From NCBI GenBank assembly GCA_963771075.1, contig CAVYSE010000007.1, positions 128,001-192,000 on the forward strand: a stretch of DNA of 64,000 bases, in the 5' to 3' direction. Under the pieces are notes generated by a model, which saw only the letters and a list, made by a program, of their open reading frames with translations, made no database searches and was not told the DNA's origin. The translations under genes were made by a program, and so were the position numbers. This stretch comes from a candidate division FCPU426 bacterium. Lineage in GTDB: Bacteria > Oederibacteriota > Muellerivitia > Muellerivitales > Muellerivitaceae. Positions 57,967-64,000 of this stretch are shown here, one piece after another. Position 1 is the stretch's first letter, and the number at the start of each line of letters is the position of its first letter.

Positions 57967-59712
57967 ATGCCTTATTTCACACTATCGAGTTGTTTTCTAC
58001 TCCTTGTGGTTCTTTTTTCCCCCTTTGTTTGTCCTTCCCTTTGCCAAGCCGATAGTATCAGTACGAGCGGGGTTCAGTTTTTGCAGATACCGACCGGTGT
58101 TCGGGGCGCGGGCATGGGCGGGGCCTTTACGGCAGTGGCGGACGATGCCACGGCCTCTTATTGGAATAGCGCCGGACTTTCACAATTAGAACATTTTCAA
58201 ATTAACCTGCAGCATATCGCCTATTTGGCGGGAACCAATTATGAGTTCATCGCGGGTGCCCTCCCCTTGAAGCCGGGAAGTACCTTGGGATTAAGCGCCA
58301 GCTATGATTATGTTTCCCCGTTCAATTCCACCAATAATCCGTCAGCGGTTCCTGGAAGCGCCAGCGACCTCGCGGTTGATTTGGGCTATGGTCAAACCTT
58401 TAGTCCGAATGTTTCTCTCGGTATGGGAGCGAAATTCATCAACAGCAATCTGCTTACCTATTCCGCCACTGGCGAGGCCTTGGACGGGGGTATCCTGTTA
58501 TCCACGGATCAAAGGGATTTTTCCCTGGGCCTTTCGGTCCAAAACATCGGACAGCTTTCCAGCTTTTCGCAATATTCCGCCCAAGAATATCTTCCCATGA
58601 CTTACCGAGTGGGCTTGGCTTATCGATTTCAACCCCGAAACACCCCGCAGTTAACCTTGGCCTTCGATTGGCTCAAATCCATTGATAGTGATCCTGTTTA
58701 TGCGGGAGGGGGTGAATTTTGTTTTGAAATGGATCGTGTTTCATTCGCTTTGAGAGGGGGATACAGCTTTGATGACTCCAACCAAGATTTGGAAGGGTTG
58801 TCGGGCGCTTCTTTGGGGGCGGGCGTGAAGTTCCAGGGATGGGAACTGGATTATGCATTAATCCCATTCGGGACATTGGGGAACACCCAGCGGTTTTCCA
58901 TTACTTTTGAACTCATTCCGGAAGATAAAAAGCAACCTTTGCCTTCGCCCGTATCGGTGCATGTCCAACCCTCGGTCGCGGATACCAAGACGGGATCCAT
59001 CCAACAAGCGACCATCGAGTTGAAACCATCCGCCCGCACCGAAATTAATAACTGGACGTTGGAAATCACGGATCCCAAGGGAAATATCCTTCGAACCTAT
59101 GCTGGAAAGGGAGTCCCCCCAAGGGAAATCGCTTGGGATGGAAAGGATTCCACGGAGAATGTAGTGGCCGGAGGGATCTTTGCCCGTTATAACCTCAGGA
59201 CGGTTGATACGAAGGGACAGGAAGTAACCGCACGCGGTGCTTTGTTTGAAGTATCCCCCCTTCAAGTCAACGAAAGGGAAAGACCGAATTCCGCGACCGA
59301 GATCCTAACCCATGTAAAACCCGGCATTCCCCCATTGCCTTCCACCGTCCAACCCTTGGGTTTATCGGGGGTCCTGAAAATTCCAAGTATCCCTTTTGAG
59401 GAGGGACGATCGGTCTTACAACGAAGTTTTGAACCCTATTTGGATCAAGTTGCGCAGTTAATCCGGAAATATCCCCACGCAAGGGTTTATATCGAGGGGC
59501 ACTCGGATGGCGAGGGTAACGAGGAAGAATCCCTGCGGCTCTCGCAATATAGGGCGGATGCGGTGATGAGATTTTTGGTGGAGGGCCCGAAAATCTCTCC
59601 GGCCAATCTTTACGCGCGGGGCCGCGGGTCCGCGGGGGCCATCGGTGTTTCGGGTACGGAACTCGCCCATCAACGCAACCGGAGAGTGGAAATCATCATT
59701 TTGACGAAATAA
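57967..59712 (+). CDS. PorV/PorQ-family beta-barrel fused to a FlgD-like Ig domain and an OmpA-type peptidoglycan-binding domain
   Basis: FLQIPTGVRGAGMGGAFTAVADDATASYWNSAGL, LDYA..PFG.LGNTQRFSI; WTLEITD.KGNILRT...WDGKD; YIEGHSD...LSQYRADAV...NRRVEI. Confidence 0.85.
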   Translation: MPYFTLSSCFLLLVVLFSPFVCPSLCQADSISTSGVQFLQIPTGVRGAGMGGAFTAVADDATASYWNSAGLSQLEHFQINLQHIAYLAGTNYEFIAGALPLKPGSTLGLSASYDYVSPFNSTNNPSAVPGSASDLAVDLGYGQTFSPNVSLGMGAKFINSNLLTYSATGEALDGGILLSTDQRDFSLGLSVQNIGQLSSFSQYSAQEYLPMTYRVGLAYRFQPRNTPQLTLAFDWLKSIDSDPVYAGGGEFCFEMDRVSFALRGGYSFDDSNQDLEGLSGASLGAGVKFQGWELDYALIPFGTLGNTQRFSITFELIPEDKKQPLPSPVSVHVQPSVADTKTGSIQQATIELKPSARTEINNWTLEITDPKGNILRTYAGKGVPPREIAWDGKDSTENVVAGGIFARYNLRTVDTKGQEVTARGALFEVSPLQVNERERPNSATEILTHVKPGIPPLPSTVQPLGLSGVLKIPSIPFEEGRSVLQRSFEPYLDQVAQLIRKYPHARVYIEGHSDGEGNEEESLRLSQYRADAVMRFLVEGPKISPANLYARGRGSAGAIGVSGTELAHQRNRRVEIIILTK

Positions 59713-59727
59713 TTTCAGGAGGCGGAA

Positions 59728-60948
59728 TTGGGAATGAATACAAGAAAATTCGGGGTTCTCGGTGGTTTGATTTTAACCTTGGCTTTAGGCGGATGCCGGA
59801 TGTTTTCCGATTCGTTCGAGACCGTGGCTCAACTCGAGCAGAAAGGGGATCGGCCTCAAGCCTTGCTGGCTTATCAAAATTATCTGAACCATCATCCTCA
59901 TTCCGCCTTGACCTCGAAAATATATTTAAAGATGGCCGAATTGAATCAGGAGGGTTCTCACTACGATTCGGCGATTACTTGGTATCAAAGGGTGGTCAAT
60001 GAATTTCCGGATTCGATCGAAGCCCCCCAAGCGTTATTCGGCATCGCGGACTTGTATCGAAATCAACTTAGGGATCCCGCGAAGTCCGATGAATGGTCCG
60101 AAAAAGCCCTGTCGAGGTATTTGGCCGACCCCCAGGCCCGCGCAGCGGTTCAAACGGTGATTCTTTCAAAATTCAGTTCCGCCATGACCCTCTTCTATCA
60201 ACGAAAATATCCAGAGGCGGGCGAATTGGTTCGCGTATTAGTGGAAGGATATCCTTCCTCAATGGTACTGCCGGAACAAAGGGCGAAAGTGGAGGCGCTG
60301 AAGGACCGGATTCGAAGAGCAGAAATGATCGCGAACGGGGATTCCCTCTCAATTAAACTTTTATCCGAAACGCCGTTCAATATTAGTTTCTCGAATGATT
60401 TTACAACCGCTCCGGATGCACTGGATTCGGGACTCCTTTCCCCCGACGGCCAATACTTGATATCGCGCAAAAAGGCCAAAAACGACGTCTTCTATCTGTA
60501 TTTGGGGAAAGTCATGCCGGGCGCGAACGCCGTGACCTTTACCCTCTTACCCCAGACCTTCGGAGCGGAAGCGCCGGTTTGGGCCCCGGACAGCCAATCG
60601 TTGATTTTTGAAAGGGTCGTTGGGAAAAAACAAAAATTGGAAAAGCTGTCCATTGGGCAAAAAATCTTGAGGTCTCTTTTCTTTGCTCCCGCAAGCCGGA
60701 TCCCTGACATCGGGGTTCATCCGGCCTTTCATCCATCGGGCAACAAAATCGCGTTCGTTTTTGCGGGAAGGATTTGGGTCATGAATGCGGATGGATTGAA
60801 CAAATGCCAATTGAAAACCGCCCAAAAATTTGACTATACTTCGCAGTTGTCTTGGTCTTTCGACGGGACCCTGATTCGATGCAAACAATCCGGCACCCCT
60901 GCGGTTGACGAATTGTTAAACCTGGATTCGGCATTAAACTTTCCCTGA
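59728..60948 (+). CDS. Lipoprotein with TPR (BamD/CpoB-like) N-terminus and TolB/PD40-like repeats
   Basis: LGGC lipobox; Y..VV.EFP.S..A..A.F TPR; SPDGQYL, PVWAPDSQSL.F, PAFHPSGNKIAF, IWVMNADG, LSWSFDG. Confidence 0.78.
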   Translation: MGMNTRKFGVLGGLILTLALGGCRMFSDSFETVAQLEQKGDRPQALLAYQNYLNHHPHSALTSKIYLKMAELNQEGSHYDSAITWYQRVVNEFPDSIEAPQALFGIADLYRNQLRDPAKSDEWSEKALSRYLADPQARAAVQTVILSKFSSAMTLFYQRKYPEAGELVRVLVEGYPSSMVLPEQRAKVEALKDRIRRAEMIANGDSLSIKLLSETPFNISFSNDFTTAPDALDSGLLSPDGQYLISRKKAKNDVFYLYLGKVMPGANAVTFTLLPQTFGAEAPVWAPDSQSLIFERVVGKKQKLEKLSIGQKILRSLFFAPASRIPDIGVHPAFHPSGNKIAFVFAGRIWVMNADGLNKCQLKTAQKFDYTSQLSWSFDGTLIRCKQSGTPAVDELLNLDSALNFP

Positions 60949-60967
60949 AAATTTCGGAGGGCAGCCC

Positions 60968-62758
60968 ATGCGGGTTATTTTGTTTTTTCGCTGTTTATTA
61001 TTTTTATGCCTGATCGCGGCTTTTCCGGGATTGTTAAGGGCGGACGACGCCAAGATTCAGGCGCTCAAAGACGCGATCCGGGCAAATCCCAACGATTCGA
61101 CGGCTCATTTTAATTTGGGCGTAAGTTATTTGAAGGAAACCCAATATGACTTGGCGGCGCCTGAATTCGAAACTTGTGTCCATTTGAACTCGAAAGATGA
61201 CCAGTCGCGTGAACTCATGGAAAGTTGCCAAGGCATATCCGCTTTTTTAAAACAGGAATGCTCAAAGGCCATTGAACATTTTCAAAACGTCTTGAAAGTG
61301 AACCCCAAGAATAAGGATATATTAATTCCCCTTTATCAATGCCAATCCAAAATAGCAATGGACAATAAAAAGTACAAAGCCGCGGAAGAATCCCTGAATA
61401 ATATCCTGGCCTTGGACCCCAACAATTTAGAGGCTTTAACCAATTTGGGGTTTATCCATTACCAGAATAAAGACTTGAATGAAGCGGTGTCTTACTGGGA
61501 AAGGGCGGTTCTCATCCAGAAAGATGCCCGGCTCTTCAAGTACCTTGGCTATTCCAATTACAACCTGGGTCATTTCAAACAGGCGATCGACAACTACAAC
61601 CAATCGATTGAACTGGAATTGGCGAAGTCCCCGTCGGCGCAAGACGTCAATTCATTGGATGAAACTTACTATGACTTGGGAGAGGCCTATTTCGACAACA
61701 GCCTCTATGACGATGCGGAGGACGCCTTTGATCACGCCTTTATATATAACCCGAAGGACGCGAACGCCGCGATCATGAAAGCCCAGTCGATTGACGCCGC
61801 GACGAATTACCACATGGATAAGGGCAATCGGTCCCTTCTGAGCAACCAATACGCCGACGCCATTCGGGAATGGCAGAAAGTCCTTTTAGTTTCGCCGGAG
61901 AACAAGGATGCGAAACTATTTATCGAGGACGCTAATAAAAAAATAAATACCGAGGTCGAGAAACATTACCAGGCGGGGCTGCAATACGCCCAAAAGAAGC
62001 AAACCTTAAAAGCCCTGGATGAGTGGAACGCGGCTTTGGAGATGGATCCCGAAAATGCCAAGGTGAAAACCGCGATCGCGAATACAAAAACAAAAACGAG
62101 CGAGCAAGTGGGCGCCTTAACGTCGGAAGGGAATCGGTTGGTTTTGGAAAAAGATTACGTGGGGGCCTTGGGGAAATACCAAAAAGCCCAAACCATGAAT
62201 CCCGCCAGCGCGACCCTCCGCGCGAAAACGGGTAAGGTGAAAGCCGTTCAAGCTGCCGAACTCAAGAAACTTCTTGCGCTTTCCCAGTCGGAATTGACGA
62301 AAGGAAACCTGAAATCCGCCTTGTTGAATTTGGAAAACGCCTACCGGGTCGATCCCTCGAACGCGGAAGTGAAAGACGGCCTATTTAAAACCAAAAGGGA
62401 AATCCGCGGGAAAGTCGACAGCCTTTTAGCGGAAGGAACCTCGTTGTTTGACGCGGGGGATAAGCTAAAGTCCAAACAGAAATTCGAGGCGGTTTTATCC
62501 CTCGATCCGAACAATGAGAAAGCGAATGAATTTATCCAAAAGATGACTGGGCAACAGGCCCAAGAAAAGATCGACGCGGATAAAGTGAAGTCGCTTTACT
62601 ACGAAGGAGTGAACAATTATATTAACGGCAATATTCACGAAGCGGTTCAGAAATGGCAAGAATGCCTGAAACTGGATCCGTCCAACGTGAACGCCAAGGA
62701 AAATATCAACAAGGCGATGGCCAAGCTTCAATCCATTGAACAATTGAGCCATAATTGA
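60968..62758 (+). CDS. Exported multi-TPR protein
   Basis: Signal peptide; many TPRs (AHFNLGV, ALTNLGFI, YYDLGEAY); C-terminal YYEGVNNYINGN..EA..KWQECLKLDP. Confidence 0.88.
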   Translation: MRVILFFRCLLFLCLIAAFPGLLRADDAKIQALKDAIRANPNDSTAHFNLGVSYLKETQYDLAAPEFETCVHLNSKDDQSRELMESCQGISAFLKQECSKAIEHFQNVLKVNPKNKDILIPLYQCQSKIAMDNKKYKAAEESLNNILALDPNNLEALTNLGFIHYQNKDLNEAVSYWERAVLIQKDARLFKYLGYSNYNLGHFKQAIDNYNQSIELELAKSPSAQDVNSLDETYYDLGEAYFDNSLYDDAEDAFDHAFIYNPKDANAAIMKAQSIDAATNYHMDKGNRSLLSNQYADAIREWQKVLLVSPENKDAKLFIEDANKKINTEVEKHYQAGLQYAQKKQTLKALDEWNAALEMDPENAKVKTAIANTKTKTSEQVGALTSEGNRLVLEKDYVGALGKYQKAQTMNPASATLRAKTGKVKAVQAAELKKLLALSQSELTKGNLKSALLNLENAYRVDPSNAEVKDGLFKTKREIRGKVDSLLAEGTSLFDAGDKLKSKQKFEAVLSLDPNNEKANEFIQKMTGQQAQEKIDADKVKSLYYEGVNNYINGNIHEAVQKWQECLKLDPSNVNAKENINKAMAKLQSIEQLSHN

Positions 62759-62783
62759 TCCGTCCATATCAGGCTGTTCATAA

Positions 62784-62860
<77 letters not shown>

Positions 62861-62888
62861 TTTTCCGCGAAGATACGGGGAGGATGGT

Positions 62889-64000
62889 TTGTTTATACAG
62901 CCTAGGGTCATTTTGACGTGTCTCTTTATTATTTCAGTTTCCCCTTCCCAAGCCCAAGTCACTGCCGATCCCTTCCAACCGTTCCAAGAGGGTGAAGTCA
63001 TCGACTTCCCCGGGGCAGGGCAATACTTAGGTGATCTTCCACCGGATATTCAAAGGCTTTCGACCGATCGGGAGTATGAAAGCCTTCAGGGCGCAGGCGC
63101 TGGTCTTCCAGGGTGGGATTTTTCAAATCCCGGCCTCAGCGGCGGATTTTATAGCCGGTCTCCTGGGCTCGTTTTTGAAAACATCCCGAACCCTTTCGGC
63201 GCCTCTCCTTATTTAAACCATTTGGCGGGCGGGCTTACAGCCGATTGGTTCGCCCTACCTTCTGCCGCTTGGTGGGGCCCCGCCGCGGCAGGGGGGGCGA
63301 TCATCCTCCGCCCTGGTCTTTCCTCGGACGGTGTTTCAACGTTTTTCTCGACCGGAATAGCCGGCAACCTGAATGAAAACCTATATTTGAAGATCGCCGA
63401 CAAGGACGGCTCTTTTACCCTGTTCGGAAAGGATAGCCAATTCTCCGATTTCAACCCTTCGGATAATTCCCGGGGGATTTTGGGGGAAGTGAATATCATT
63501 AAAAATTCTTCATATGTGCTTTCACTCGATGGACTGACATTCGGGAATGATGAAAACCTTTATTGGTCCGTCCTCGCCCCCAGGTTCACTTGGCTGGGCG
63601 GAGATTTCTTTACCTTGGATTTTGAACCCTATTTGGCCTATTCAGGAGAGGGCGGTCAAAATGTTCAGGAAACGGGCGGGATGCTCAATGGCGATTTTAA
63701 TTTGGCGGGATTGGCCCAAAGCCAGTTAGGGATTGGGTTTGTGTCCCAAGATTGGAACCCACAGCCGGTCAATCCCACGATCCAAAAATCCTATCTCCAA
63801 AATTCGGAATGGATTGATCTTATCGGCGTTCTGTTGGCCCAGGCCGCATTTCGTTGCGACTTTATAGGGGATCAAACGTCCCAATTCAGTTGGCTTTCAG
63901 GGTTGAAGTTTGTTCAGGATAATTGGAACTTCTTCGCGGAGGCTTCAAAATCGGTACAATCCAACGGCGACTTTTTGCAATGGGAAATCGGAACGGCTCA
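62889..64000 (+). CDS. Exported protein, divergent TonB-dependent-receptor-like (runs off the window; absent from the ORF track)
   Basis: Hand translation: TTG 62889 behind GGGGAGG, signal peptide (RVILTCLFIISVSPSQA), 370 codons with no stop; PSAAWWGPAAAGGAIIL resembles the plug-end motif; barrel-like strands follow. Confidence 0.6.
   Translation, partial: MFIQPRVILTCLFIISVSPSQAQVTADPFQPFQEGEVIDFPGAGQYLGDLPPDIQRLSTDREYESLQGAGAGLPGWDFSNPGLSGGFYSRSPGLVFENIPNPFGASPYLNHLAGGLTADWFALPSAAWWGPAAAGGAIILRPGLSSDGVSTFFSTGIAGNLNENLYLKIADKDGSFTLFGKDSQFSDFNPSDNSRGILGEVNIIKNSSYVLSLDGLTFGNDENLYWSVLAPRFTWLGGDFFTLDFEPYLAYSGEGGQNVQETGGMLNGDFNLAGLAQSQLGIGFVSQDWNPQPVNPTIQKSYLQNSEWIDLIGVLLAQAAFRCDFIGDQTSQFSWLSGLKFVQDNWNFFAEASKSVQSNGDFLQWEIGTA

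Overview
A gene-dense, mostly + strand stretch of core bacterial chromosome. Housekeeping blocks: panC-panD-nadA; xseAB-ispA-DUF212-dxs; a four-subunit VOR-type and a fused IOR-type 2-oxoacid:ferredoxin oxidoreductase; recN; leuS-lptE-X-holA/rpsT; murJ; purN-purH-purD; tsaC-YwlE-like phosphatase-rpiB; rpmB/recG-rsmD-coaD; DUF177-rpmF-plsX-fabHDG-acpP-fabF-rnc-DUF4321-maf; tRNA-Gly(CCC). The gene order resembles Bacillota, but the organism has an outer membrane (LptE, PorV/PorQ-like barrel, OmpA domain, TonB-receptor-like ORF), so an uncultured candidate-phylum diderm is possible (inference only). Several normally essential genes (dxs, rnc, purD, recN) carry single-base frameshifts, most likely assembly errors. 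No CRISPR array, integrase, transposase or phage gene was found. Best leads: (1) a PorV/PorQ-barrel + FlgD-like + OmpA fusion operon with TPR proteins, set divergently from a SurA/PpiD chaperone; (2) dispersed ~100-bp inverted-repeat elements (TTCACCGCG...CGCGGTGAA) at gene junctions, one or two apparently recruited as signal-peptide coding sequence; (3) two TPR-fused membrane glycosyltransferases plus Ser/Thr/Pro-rich secreted proteins; (4) a structured rpmB 5' leader; (5) a REP/REPIN-like hairpin cluster. All product calls come from motifs recognised by eye; no database search was run.
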